Shown: positions 26,855-35,489 of the stretch, piece by piece | How positions within the stretch are numbered: position 1 is the stretch's first letter | Layout: each line of letters starts with the position of its first letter | Origin: Candidatus Parcubacteria bacterium | GTDB taxonomy: Bacteria; Patescibacteriota; Minisyncoccia; Minisyncoccales; PEYH01 | NCBI GenBank assembly: GCA_026395615.1 | Contig: JAPLYH010000051.1 | Location: forward strand, 6,318 to 56,564 | Reading direction: 5' to 3' | DNA length: 50,247 nucleotides | Made by a program: the position numbers and the translations under genes | Notes under the pieces: model-generated | What the model saw: the letters and a program-made list of their open reading frames with translations, nothing else | Told to the model about the DNA's origin: nothing | The model's database searches: none

Positions 26855-29429
26855 TTAATCTAATATCTTAATTTTAAATTTCTTAGAATCTATTTGAATC
26901 CTGTCCCCTTTTTTAACTTCATCTTTCAACAGCGCTTCTGCTAAAACATTTTCCACATTATCTTGAATCACTCTCTTCAAATTTCTAGCTCCAAAAGTTA
27001 TATCATACCCAAGCTCAACAATTTTTTCTTTGAGCTCTTCTGTAATTATAAACTCAATATTCTTTTCTATCAACCCTTGTTGAATACTCTTAAGCATCAA
27101 TTGGGCAATATCTAAAAGATTTTCCTTGGTTAATGGCTTGAATAAAACCACTGCGTCAAATCTGTTTATAAACTCCGGACGAAATGTTTTTTCGTCAAAA
27201 AGTCTATTCAATAATTTTTCTTTTACAACGGAAAAATCCAAATTATTCCTAAGAGCATCTAAGATGACCTCATATCCAGCGTTGGAAGTTGCAATAATAA
27301 TAGTATTCTTAAAATCTACTTTTCTGCCCAAACCATCAGTGATATGGCCATCATCCAATACCTGCAAAAATAGATTCAAAATATTTGGATGGGCTTTCTC
27401 AATTTCATCCAACAAAACCAAGGAAAAAGGGTCTTCCCTGACAGGTGTTGTCAATAACCCTTCCTCTCCGGAAGAACCCATCAGGCGAGGAATATCTTCC
27501 TGGGACTGAAACTCCGACATATCAAGACGAATCATTTTTTCCTCTGAACCGAAATATATTTCAGCCAAAGCTTTTGATGTTTCTGTTTTTCCGACACCAG
27601 TAGGTCCTAAAAATAGAAATCCGCCCATAGGGCCTTTCCTTTCTTTTAATTTAGCTCTGGCACGACGCAAAGAAGTAGAAACTTCTCTCACCGCCTCTTC
27701 TTGATTTATGATTCTCTGATGAATAAGGTCCTCTAAATTAAGCAAAATCTCTTTTTCTTTTGTTTCAATTTTCCCAACAGGAATCTCTGTTTTGCGCGCA
27801 ACTATCCTATCTATATCTTCGGGTAAAACCCATTTACCTCTAACATTATCTGTTTTTATCATCGCTTCTTCTAAAACATTGATCGCTTTCTTGGGAAATG
27901 GCACATCAGCAATATATCTGCCAGTTAATTCAACAACTTGTCCTATGGCGGGATAAGTTATAAATCTATTGTATTTAGCTTCCAACCTGGGAGCTAATCT
28001 TTGCAAAATACGAATTGTTTCTTGCGGACTAGGTTCTTTAACTTCCACTTTTGAAAATAAATTTAAAACTGTCGGATTCTCTTCAATTTGTTTATGAAGA
28101 CCGGTATAACTCGCGATAGCTATAATTTTAAATTCAGCAAATTTTAGATAAGTAGCAAGAATTCCAGTTATATCAATTTTACCTGGGCCTATTTCGCCTC
28201 CGACAAAATTATGAAAATCGTCAATAACCAATATGACATTTTTTGCATTTATAACCTCTTTAAAAATTTTATCCAAAGTATCTTCAACTTGGTCCATGTT
28301 CTGCGTCTGGGCAAGCAACTGGGGAATTTGTAATTCTAAAACTCTATTGTAATTAACCGCTAAATAACTCTGACCCTTATTGCTCTTTATTAACTGCTAA
28401 ATAACTCTGACCCTTATTGCTCTTTATAGCTACGGCCTTAATAATATTTTCTATCCCTACTCCCGGCTCCCCGACCAAAAGAACATTATTCACTTCCGGG
28501 CTTGATAAAATTCTTTCAACCTGCTCTATTTCTTTTTCGTATCCAATAACGGTTTGCATTCCCTCGCTCAAAACTAATTGATTATAATCAATGGAATATT
28601 CATCTAAAGTAATTGTGTAGCTACTAGACCAACTCCTGCCTATACTCCCCTTTCGGCTTAAATTATCATAATCCCAAAATCTTTTCTTTTGTTTTTTTAT
28701 TTCCTCTCCCTCCTCCCACCACAGCACGGAGTTTCTGACATCGTCCGGCCTTAAATCCGCATCTAATAAAAATGCTCCCACTACTGGTTCATTTTTAGCT
28801 AAAGCCAAAAACATATCTCCTGGTTCAATATATTTATGTTTTTTAGCTTGAGATATTTCTAAAGCATCTTTAATCGCTTGCTCAAATTTTAAAGAATATA
28901 TACCCCGGCTAAATGCGTCTTGGACTTTTTGAACGGGTAAATTTTCTTCTAATTTGTGTTCTAATGACTTTATATCTAATAATAGGCGTAAAAGAATAAA
29001 ATTTAACTTGGGATTTTCTTTTAAAAGAAAATAGAGAAAGGCAGTTGCGCCTATCGGGAAAATATTTTTTCTTTTTGAAAATCTGATTGTGCTATCAAGA
29101 GCTCTTGCCGTATCTATGCTTAAAAATTCCGCTAAATTTACAACTGGCGTCATTTCTGGTACATCCGGATAAAAAAGCTTATTTTTGACAAAACTGACTA
29201 TTAAAAAACAAACAATACTAATTCCAAAGAATACCAAACCAAATCCCAATAAGAAATTGTATTCATTACTAGGCCCTGTTCCTAAGCTGCCGAATATGAA
29301 AAGTAGAACAAAACAAATTGAAACAATTAAAAAAACAATTTTAAACAACGATATTGCTGAAATAGCGAGCCCGCTTGAAATCCTCGTTGCCTTGAATATT
29401 CCTGTTTTTTGAAAATCAAAATTAAACAT
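26855..29429 (-). CDS. Membrane-anchored ClpA/ClpB-family AAA+ ATPase, split by a 37-bp tandem duplication (about 845 aa if repaired)
   Basis: Two N-terminal TMs, Clp-N-like repeats, D1 NVLLVGEPGVG, D2 GPTGVGKT / LLDEIEKAH / FRPEFINRFD / FGARNL; removing one repeat unit joins the two ORFs. Confidence 0.9.
28352..28425. repeat. 37-bp tandem duplication with one synonymous mismatch
   Basis: ATTAAC(C/T)GCTAAATAACTCTGACCCTTATTGCTCTTT x2. Confidence 0.97.
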
Positions 29430-29812
29430 CAGAATAAAAATTTAATGCCAAAAGCAAAAAGGGCGATTATTATAACTGGCAAAAAAATCCAGCTTAAAAA
29501 TACAATCGCTCCGATTAAAAAAATAAAAACCTCAAATATCAAACCAACAAGAATAAGAACACTCCTTATAATCGCTCCCAATACTCTGGAAAAACTATTG
29601 GAAATAAATGTCTCGGCATATCTGGAAACGCTAAATCCCCTGCCATAATCCCATTGATAACTATGCCAAGGCGCTAAAAATGTTCTCAAAAGAGCGCCAA
29701 CTGAAAAGAAGCTTAAATAAAAGCGGAGGTAATTTTTCCACGCCTTGCCGAGTTCTTTGGGCACATCGTGAAAGTGCCAAATAAAATATTGAATAATAAC
29801 ATTTTGGCTCAT
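29429..29812 (-). CDS. Conserved small membrane protein coupled to the Clp ATPase gene
   Basis: FFSVGALLRTFLAPW, SRVLGAIIR; TGATG overlap with the ATPase start. Confidence 0.8.
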   Translation of the reverse strand: MSQNVIIQYFIWHFHDVPKELGKAWKNYLRFYLSFFSVGALLRTFLAPWHSYQWDYGRGFSVSRYAETFISNSFSRVLGAIIRSVLILVGLIFEVFIFLIGAIVFLSWIFLPVIIIALFAFGIKFLF

Positions 29813-29892
29813 TGGATAATTTTACCAAAATTATCCAAAAACAACAAAGCCACAGACCGTAGACCTGTGGATTAATATTTTGATGCTTATTT

Positions 29893-30307
29893 AAAAAGGG
29901 AAAGCGAGAGCTTCTTCTAGCGCGAAACTTCCCCCTTGACCACTTTTACGGCTTGTGCAGCTAACGCGTGGTCAACTAGTATCTCGCTAGAATCAGCTCT
30001 CGCTTGTGGACCTCTGAATCCTGCAATTGGGTTTGTGCGGACCCACCAAGATCCTACTCTATCCTAGAAAAGGACAGAGGGGGCTATTCACAGTCACTAG
30101 AACGAGCATCAAACTCATCACTGAGTAGCTCTACTAGCCGTGTAAACCCCGGATTGATCGCGACAGCAACCTGTTTAGTACGAGAGGTACGCCCTGGGGT
30201 GCATGGGGATGGCACCCACAGTTCTCGCCCTTCTTAAACTTGGACAATTCGCCATTGCCCACCTCCTCCTTAATTCACATTGTACACCCAACCTTGAAAA
30301 ATGTCAA
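29893..30307 (-). other. GC-rich islet 3: promoter + SD + 26-codon ORF (30175..30255) + stop-riddled tail + terminator (decayed gene or ncRNA)
   Basis: TTGACA-17nt-TACAAT (30279-30307), AAGGAGGAGGT, ATG 30255 gives MANCPSLRRARTVGAIPMHPRAYLSY*; ends GGGAAG...TTTCCC-TTTTT. Confidence 0.6.
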
Positions 30308-30308
30308 G

Positions 30309-30340
30309 CAAAAAACCGCTTTCGAAAAAGCGATTTTTTG
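30309..30340. terminator. Intrinsic terminator downstream of tRNA-Val
   Basis: CAAAAAACCGCTTT-CGAA-AAAGCGATTTTTTG. Confidence 0.75.
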
Positions 30341-30370
30341 TGCCTGCACTGCGTAGCCTTAGCGAAGCAG

Positions 30371-30444
30371 TGGGCGTAGATGGACTCGAACCATCGACCT
30401 CTATCGTGTGAGGATAGCGCTCTAACCAACTGAGCCATACGCCC
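30371..30444 (-). tRNA. tRNA-Val(CAC)
   Basis: Acceptor GGGCGTA/TACGCCC, anticodon arm CTATC-CTCACAC-GATAG, GTTCGAGTC. Confidence 0.95.
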
Positions 30445-30497
30445 CTTTGTTTATCCTACTACTTTAAACTTTGCCAGTAAAGATATAGAATAAGGCT

Positions 30498-31277
30498 ATG
30501 CAAGTGTTTGATTACCATATTAATCCGAAATCAAAAAAGGGTTTAATATTTAAAACCTTTTATTTCCAACCGGAAAATAGCAATGAAAAACCATTAGGTA
30601 ATTTATGCATTGTCGGAGAATTTTCCGATTCTCTTTCAAAAGATAAAAAAGTTTTAGAGGATTTAAGTAATATTATTAAAGAAGAATTTTTTTCTGACCC
30701 TCATAAAACGCCAGCAGAAGGGTTAAAATCAGCGCTTAAAAAAGGAAACCAATTTTTAGAAGAATTATCTCTTCAGGGAAACGTCAGATGGCTTGGGAAT
30801 TTAAGTATCGCCGTTATTGCTATTAAAGATTTTGATATTCATTTTTCCAAGGCAGGAAATGTTAAATTACTTCTTTTGAGAAGCGGAGAATATCATGATA
30901 TCGGAGAAAATTTAGAATTCCAGAAACAATCTCCTGATAAATCAACCCAAATATTCTCAAATATTGCTTCTGGAAACTTAACAGATAGAGATAGGATTTT
31001 TATTCTCACTCAAGATATATTTGAATTTTTTCATTTGCGCTTAGCAAGCAGGATATCAGATCTTCCAATCGCCACTCCGAAAATAATCTCTGCTTTCCTA
31101 AAGGAAAATAAAAACGAGATGAAAGAATATTCCGGAGCAATGCTAGTAATAACAATCAATAGAAAAGGAATTAAAAAACATTGGTTTCGTTTTTTAAAAA
31201 ATCCTTTAGGCAAAAAAATAGCTTTAATCGTTTCTTTGATTATTATTTTACTTTTGTCTTGCTGGATATTTAGATAG
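30498..31277 (+). CDS. Hypothetical protein, degenerate PP2C/SpoIIE-like fold with C-terminal TM
   Basis: HFSKAGNVKLLLLRSG, IASGNLTDRDRIFILT pattern; catalytic Asp motifs not evident. Confidence 0.6.
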   Translation: MQVFDYHINPKSKKGLIFKTFYFQPENSNEKPLGNLCIVGEFSDSLSKDKKVLEDLSNIIKEEFFSDPHKTPAEGLKSALKKGNQFLEELSLQGNVRWLGNLSIAVIAIKDFDIHFSKAGNVKLLLLRSGEYHDIGENLEFQKQSPDKSTQIFSNIASGNLTDRDRIFILTQDIFEFFHLRLASRISDLPIATPKIISAFLKENKNEMKEYSGAMLVITINRKGIKKHWFRFLKNPLGKKIALIVSLIIILLLSCWIFR

Positions 31278-31296
31278 TTTGCTCCTCAAAGAAATA

Positions 31297-31322
31297 CAAA
31301 AAACCCTTTCAAGGGTTTTTTG
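31297..31322. terminator. Bidirectional terminator between convergent genes
   Basis: CAAAAAACCCTT-TC-AAGGGTTTTTTG. Confidence 0.8.
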
Positions 31323-31337
31323 CTTCTTTTAAATTTC

Positions 31338-31766
31338 TTACTTTAGTTCTATTGTCGCTCCCGCTGCTTCAAATTTCTTTTTAACATCTTCTGCTTCTTC
31401 TTTCTTGGCTTTTTCTTTTATAACCTGAGGTTCAGCAGCTGCTGCATCAACTAAATCTTTAGCTTCCTTTAATCCTTTAGCTGTTGCATCTCTTACTGCC
31501 TTGATAACATCAATCTTTTTATCCCCTACTGTTTTCAAAATAACATCATACTCTGATTTTTCTTCTACTCCTGCTGCAGCATTTGCTGCTGGAGCTGCCA
31601 TCATAGCTACTGGCGCAGCTGCGCTGACTCCAAACTTCTTTTCAAGCACTTTGACCAGTTCCGCTAAATCAACGACTTTCATATCTTCAATTTCCTTGAC
31701 AATTTTAGCGAATTTTTCTGGAACTACTATTTCTTCTTTTTTATCCTCTTTAATATCTTCTGCCAT
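31338..31766 (-). CDS. rplL: 50S ribosomal protein L7/L12
   Basis: [44 protein letters not shown]. Confidence 0.97.
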   Translation of the reverse strand: MAEDIKEDKKEEIVVPEKFAKIVKEIEDMKVVDLAELVKVLEKKFGVSAAAPVAMMAAPAANAAAGVEEKSEYDVILKTVGDKKIDVIKAVRDATAKGLKEAKDLVDAAAAEPQVIKEKAKKEEAEDVKKKFEAAGATIELK

Positions 31767-31804
31767 AGTTTTATAAAATTAATTATATTTAATATTCTTT
31801 ATTA

Positions 31805-32332
31805 TTATTTTTCTGCAATTGCCCCAAGGGCATAAACCAGACCTTTAATATTTTCTCTCTGCACAGTCACAAACCCTGAAATCGGCGCAGAAAGCGTTCC
31901 TACTAATTTTGCGAAAAGTTCTTGTTTTGACGGTAATTGGGCTAATACGATAACATCCTCTGCTGACATGAATTCGCTTTTTATTCCATCAGAAATATAT
32001 CCGCCAATAAGCTTTAACTTGTTCTGTTCTTGTGAAAACTGATAAGCGGTTTTTACTGGAGCTATTTCATCCTCAAACCCAAAAATTAATGCTACTTCAT
32101 TTCCTAATTTTTCTTTAGGAAGATCAATATTTTTTTCCTTAAAAGCAAGCTGAGCCAATGTTTTCTTAACTACTATAAACTTTGCTCCTGCTTGTTTTAA
32201 TTTTTTTCTTAAATTAACCAAATCGCCGAATTTTAAACCAGAAAAATTGACAAAAACTATTGATTTTTGTTTTTCAAGGTTTTCTTTTACGGTTTCTATT
32301 ATTTGTTTCTTTTTTTGTTTTGTTAATGGCAT
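31805..32332 (-). CDS. rplJ: 50S ribosomal protein L10
   Basis: LRKKLK, VVKKTLA, LAQLPSKQEL; upstream of rplL. Confidence 0.96.
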   Translation of the reverse strand: MPLTKQKKKQIIETVKENLEKQKSIVFVNFSGLKFGDLVNLRKKLKQAGAKFIVVKKTLAQLAFKEKNIDLPKEKLGNEVALIFGFEDEIAPVKTAYQFSQEQNKLKLIGGYISDGIKSEFMSAEDVIVLAQLPSKQELFAKLVGTLSAPISGFVTVQRENIKGLVYALGAIAEK

Positions 32333-32351
32333 ATGTTTAAAAAAATAAATT

Positions 32352-32455
32352 GTCTCCGGAATTACCGCAGACCAAATAATTTAAATGACAACTGTCATTA
32401 ACTATCTACCTCGATGGGATTTATCCGCAAGCGGACCCATTGTCTACGGCTTCAC
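32352..32455 (-). ncRNA. Ribosomal protein L10 leader (autoregulatory RNA)
   Basis: Minus strand GCCGTAGACAATGGG-hairpin-ATAAATCCCATCGAGG...GTCTGCGGT matches the L10-leader pattern directly upstream of rplJ. Confidence 0.75.
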
Positions 32456-32516
32456 TTTTTTAATTACGATATCAGTATATATTTTTAAAAAATCTTGTCA
32501 AGTCCATTGGAGCCCC

Positions 32517-32541
32517 ATTACGATGCCGGGTGGCGTAATTT
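32517..32541 (+). repeat. Dispersed palindromic repeat, copy C (type I)
   Basis: ATTACGATGCCGGGTGGCGTAATTT. Confidence 0.92.
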
Positions 32542-32554
32542 ATATAATTTATAT

Positions 32555-32599
32555 TTTAAAAGAAGTAGCGGGGACGCACACCGTGTGCACATCCCCGCT
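32555..32599 (-). terminator. Terminator hairpin of GC-rich islet 4
   Basis: AGCGGGGATGTGCAC-ACG-GTGTGCGTCCCCGCT: 15 pairs with 3 G-U, fully paired only on the minus strand, followed by ACTTCTTTT. Confidence 0.75.
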
Positions 32600-32662
32600 C
32601 ATGTTCCGCCGCTCAATTACTCTAGTAGTTTCGCGAACTACTTCGTCAAATCTCGCAGTACG

Positions 32663-32872
32663 CTACGCCTTAGCCGTACAACGAGCCTCGGCCTTGATGC
32701 CGCAGCAACGAGCGACAGAATCCCCGAGATCACAATGCGAGACCTGCCGAACGCAACCGCTTCGCAGTTGAGCCTTAGCAGCTCGCATCTGATCGATCAA
32801 ACCACGTACACAACCCGGACCTGCTCGGATATTCATCGCCGATCTACCTCCTGAAAAAAGCTGCCGGATCAT
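32663..32872 (-). CDS. Small GC-rich orphan ORF (69 aa), second ORF of islet 4
   Basis: GGGAGG 6 nt before the ATG; an internal in-frame ATG is also preceded by AGGAGGT. Confidence 0.4.
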   Translation of the reverse strand: MIRQLFSGGRSAMNIRAGPGCVRGLIDQMRAAKAQLRSGCVRQVSHCDLGDSVARCCGIKAEARCTAKA

Positions 32873-32896
32873 AGTGCGCCTCCCATCGACGAGGGT

Positions 32897-33067
32897 CTAG
32901 GCCACCAGTCCAGCAACACAGCTCGTCGTTCGGGTCGTCTGAGTGGAAACGCCTCGGCTCATAGTGATCTTCATCACTGCCTTGTCGCTTCCAGCTCCAG
33001 CTTCACGTCCTGGCGTTGTCCGCATCGCAAACAACACAGGACTCGCTCGCGAGCCGTAGTTTCGCAT
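32897..33067 (-). CDS. Small GC-rich orphan ORF (56 aa), first ORF of islet 4
   Basis: Not in ORF track; MRNYGSRASPVLFAMRTTPGREAGAGSDKAVMKITMSRGVSTQTTRTTSCVAGLVA*; AAGGAGG 7 nt upstream. Confidence 0.45.
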   Translation of the reverse strand: MRNYGSRASPVLFAMRTTPGREAGAGSDKAVMKITMSRGVSTQTTRTTSCVAGLVA

Positions 33068-33109
33068 TATCTATCCTCCTTCGCCATAGAGAATCTCTTG
33101 GCTATTTTT

Positions 33110-33138
33110 ATAATACAAAAAATGACCCTTTGGGTCAA
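33110..33138 (-). promoter_or_regulatory. sigma70-type promoter of islet 4 with overlapping palindrome
   Basis: TTGACC-17nt-TATTAT; TGACCC-TTT-GGGTCA at 33123-33137 covers the -35. Confidence 0.65.
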
Positions 33139-33155
33139 TATTTGTTCGATTTGTG

Positions 33156-33182
33156 AATTACGATGCCGGGTGGCGTAATTTT
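33156..33182 (+). repeat. Dispersed palindromic repeat, copy D (type I)
   Basis: AATTACGATGCCGGGTGGCGTAATTTT; abuts the DJ-1 stop codon. Confidence 0.92.
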
Positions 33183-33709
33183 TAAAGAGTGTGTAATTTT
33201 TCAATAATAGCCCGACTGAATTCATTAACAGCGGATGGGCCGTTGGCAGTAATAATGTTTCCATCACAAACTACTGGTTTATCAACATATTCCGCTCCAT
33301 TTTCTTGCAAAACTTTAATTGGTTTTTTATCCATTACACTTGACCAGATTGTCGCCTTCCTCCCTTGTAGAACACCCGCTGTTGCCAATATTGCCGGGGC
33401 AATACAAATTGCTGCCAATAATTTTTCCTGTTTAACCATTTCTTGAATAATATTTAAAACTTTCTCATCATCAATATATTTATAAGCTCCTGGGCCACCG
33501 ACAAACATTATTGCATCAAATTCAGATATATTTATTTCATCAAGCACAATATCTATATCTGCTTCTCCCCCGCTTCCGCCAATCGCTGTGCCTTTTTGTG
33601 AACTAACTGTACTCACTTCAAAACCAGCATTTATAAAAGCTTGTTTCGGAATAAAATATTCCTCATCCCGAAAATTTCTAAAAGCTATTATTATCGCAAT
33701 TTTCATCAC
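33182..33709 (-). CDS. DJ-1/PfpI family protein
   Basis: FRDEEY, FVGGPGA, AAICIAP nucleophile elbow, ITANGP. Confidence 0.93.
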   Translation of the reverse strand: MMKIAIIIAFRNFRDEEYFIPKQAFINAGFEVSTVSSQKGTAIGGSGGEADIDIVLDEINISEFDAIMFVGGPGAYKYIDDEKVLNIIQEMVKQEKLLAAICIAPAILATAGVLQGRKATIWSSVMDKKPIKVLQENGAEYVDKPVVCDGNIITANGPSAVNEFSRAIIEKLHTL

Positions 33710-33758
33710 AAAAAACTTCTAATTAATACGAGATTAAAATATTATAACACAAAATCTA

Positions 33759-33791
33759 ATTTCTGTCCCACGCCACCCGGCATCGTAATTT
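33759..33791 (-). repeat. Dispersed palindromic repeat, copy E (type II, inverted), with half-copies at 33792-33802 and 33826-33836
   Basis: Reverse complement AAATTACGATGCCGGGTGGCGTGGGACAGAAAT. Confidence 0.9.
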
Positions 33792-33839
33792 GCCATCGTA
33801 GTTTATTTCAGATCGCCTAATTTTCCGCGTAATTTTCTT

Positions 33840-34838
33840 CTATTTTAAATATCTTTGGATAGCGAGGTTGTGCTCTTTTAGAGTTCTGCTGAAAACCGTT
33901 TCTCCATCGGGCTTTGATAAAAAATAAAGATAACCAGTTTCTTTGGGGTGAATAGCGGCATTAATAGCTGAAATTCCCGGATTAGAAATGGGGCCTGCTG
34001 GCAAGCCAGCGTATTTATAGGTATTATATGGAGAATTTACTTGAGTATCATTTATAGTATAACGCCATTTATCAATGCCCAAAGCATAAGCAACGGTCGC
34101 ACAAGATTGTAAAGGAATATGACTTTCCAAGCGCCTCCAAAAAATTCCAGACACGATTTGGCGATCCTGCTCGGTGGCCACCTCTTTTTCTATTATTGAG
34201 GCCATTGTAACTATTTCAAAAATCATTTTTTCTTGAGAATATATTTCCTCTCTCATTTCTGGAGTAACTTTGTTATTAAAATTGTTTAACATCATTCTTA
34301 CGAACTCATTAACATCTGTTTTATCAGTAATCCAATAAGTATCCGGAAACAGATATCCCTCAAGATTGTTTTTCTCCGGTTTATCAATCAGAAAATCAAA
34401 TTCTTTAACAATTTCTTTAGAGGGAACGATTGCTTGTAAAAAACTTTCTTTTGAAAAAATTCCTTTTTCATCTAAATATTTGGCAATATCATTAATATTC
34501 CATCCTTCAATTATAGTAATTTTTATTCCCTTGATATCTCCTTTAATAATTTTATTAGCTATTTCGCTAATACTCATTGATGAAGATATACTATATTCCC
34601 CTGTTTTTAATTTATATTGCCCACCACTAATAAAAACATAAAAAGAAAAAGCGGTTTTGCTTTTAATCAGTCCCTCTTGTTTTAATTGAGAAGCAATAAC
34701 AGAAAGACCGCTCCCCCTTTCTATTGTAAAAATCTTTTCTGAGGTTCCCGAATTAAGGGGAATGTATAATTGGTAATATGCCCAACCTCCCAGAATCAAT
34801 ATTACAGCAACAACAAATATTAAAAATTTTTTAGACAT
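33840..34838 (-). CDS. mltG: Endolytic murein transglycosylase
   Basis: LEGYLFPDTY, ASIIEKE, SPYNTY..GLPAGPISNPG, YLYF. Confidence 0.96.
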   Translation of the reverse strand: MSKKFLIFVVAVILILGGWAYYQLYIPLNSGTSEKIFTIERGSGLSVIASQLKQEGLIKSKTAFSFYVFISGGQYKLKTGEYSISSSMSISEIANKIIKGDIKGIKITIIEGWNINDIAKYLDEKGIFSKESFLQAIVPSKEIVKEFDFLIDKPEKNNLEGYLFPDTYWITDKTDVNEFVRMMLNNFNNKVTPEMREEIYSQEKMIFEIVTMASIIEKEVATEQDRQIVSGIFWRRLESHIPLQSCATVAYALGIDKWRYTINDTQVNSPYNTYKYAGLPAGPISNPGISAINAAIHPKETGYLYFLSKPDGETVFSRTLKEHNLAIQRYLK

Positions 34839-35454
34839 TTTTATTTTTTACTAATGGAACGAAAACAAATCCAGGGTATTCTTGTTTTTCAAAATTATCT
34901 TCTGATTTTTTGGTAAAAACACAAATTGAATTATGTATAGGGATAACTATTTTTCCTCCAATTTTAAGCTGATTTTTCAAAGCAGAAGGAACGCTATCTG
35001 TCCCTGCTGAACAAAGAATGGCATCATAAAGAGCTTCCTCTAAATAACCATCTCTGCCATCACTACAAACAAACTTAAGTATACCATTTTTTATAAAATC
35101 ATAATTGCTTGCATTCTTTTGTCCGAACTCTTTAAGTTCAGGGATTATTTCAATTCCAATTACTTTTCCCTTATCACCGACAATACTGGCAAGAAGAGTA
35201 CTTGTCCACCCAGAACCCGAACCAATATCAAGAATTTTATCTCCTGGTTTTGGCTCTAATTTTTCTAACATAAACGCTACTACTAACGGTTGAGAAATTG
35301 TTTGTCCAAAGCCTATTGACAGAGCTTCATTTATTTCTGATAAATTCTTTATATCTTCTGGAATAAAATCCTCTCGCTTTATTTCTTTAAACGCTTTTAT
35401 TATCCTATCAGTTTTAAGCCATCCTTGTTCAATTAATTCGTTTATTAAAGTCAT
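34831..35454 (-). CDS. pcm: Protein-L-isoaspartate O-methyltransferase
   Basis: GQTISQP, LDIGSGSGW, QLKIGGKIVIP, FVPL. Confidence 0.94.
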   Translation of the reverse strand: MTLINELIEQGWLKTDRIIKAFKEIKREDFIPEDIKNLSEINEALSIGFGQTISQPLVVAFMLEKLEPKPGDKILDIGSGSGWTSTLLASIVGDKGKVIGIEIIPELKEFGQKNASNYDFIKNGILKFVCSDGRDGYLEEALYDAILCSAGTDSVPSALKNQLKIGGKIVIPIHNSICVFTKKSEDNFEKQEYPGFVFVPLVKNKNV

Positions 35455-35489
35455 ATATAAAGCGAGGATATTTTATTTTAAGATGCATC

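Noticed and set aside
32517..33791. CRISPR array or canonical integron from the 25-bp palindromic repeats
   Set aside because: Spacing is ~600 bp with mixed orientation, there are no cas or intI genes, and the RYYYAAC/GTTRRRY attC ends are absent
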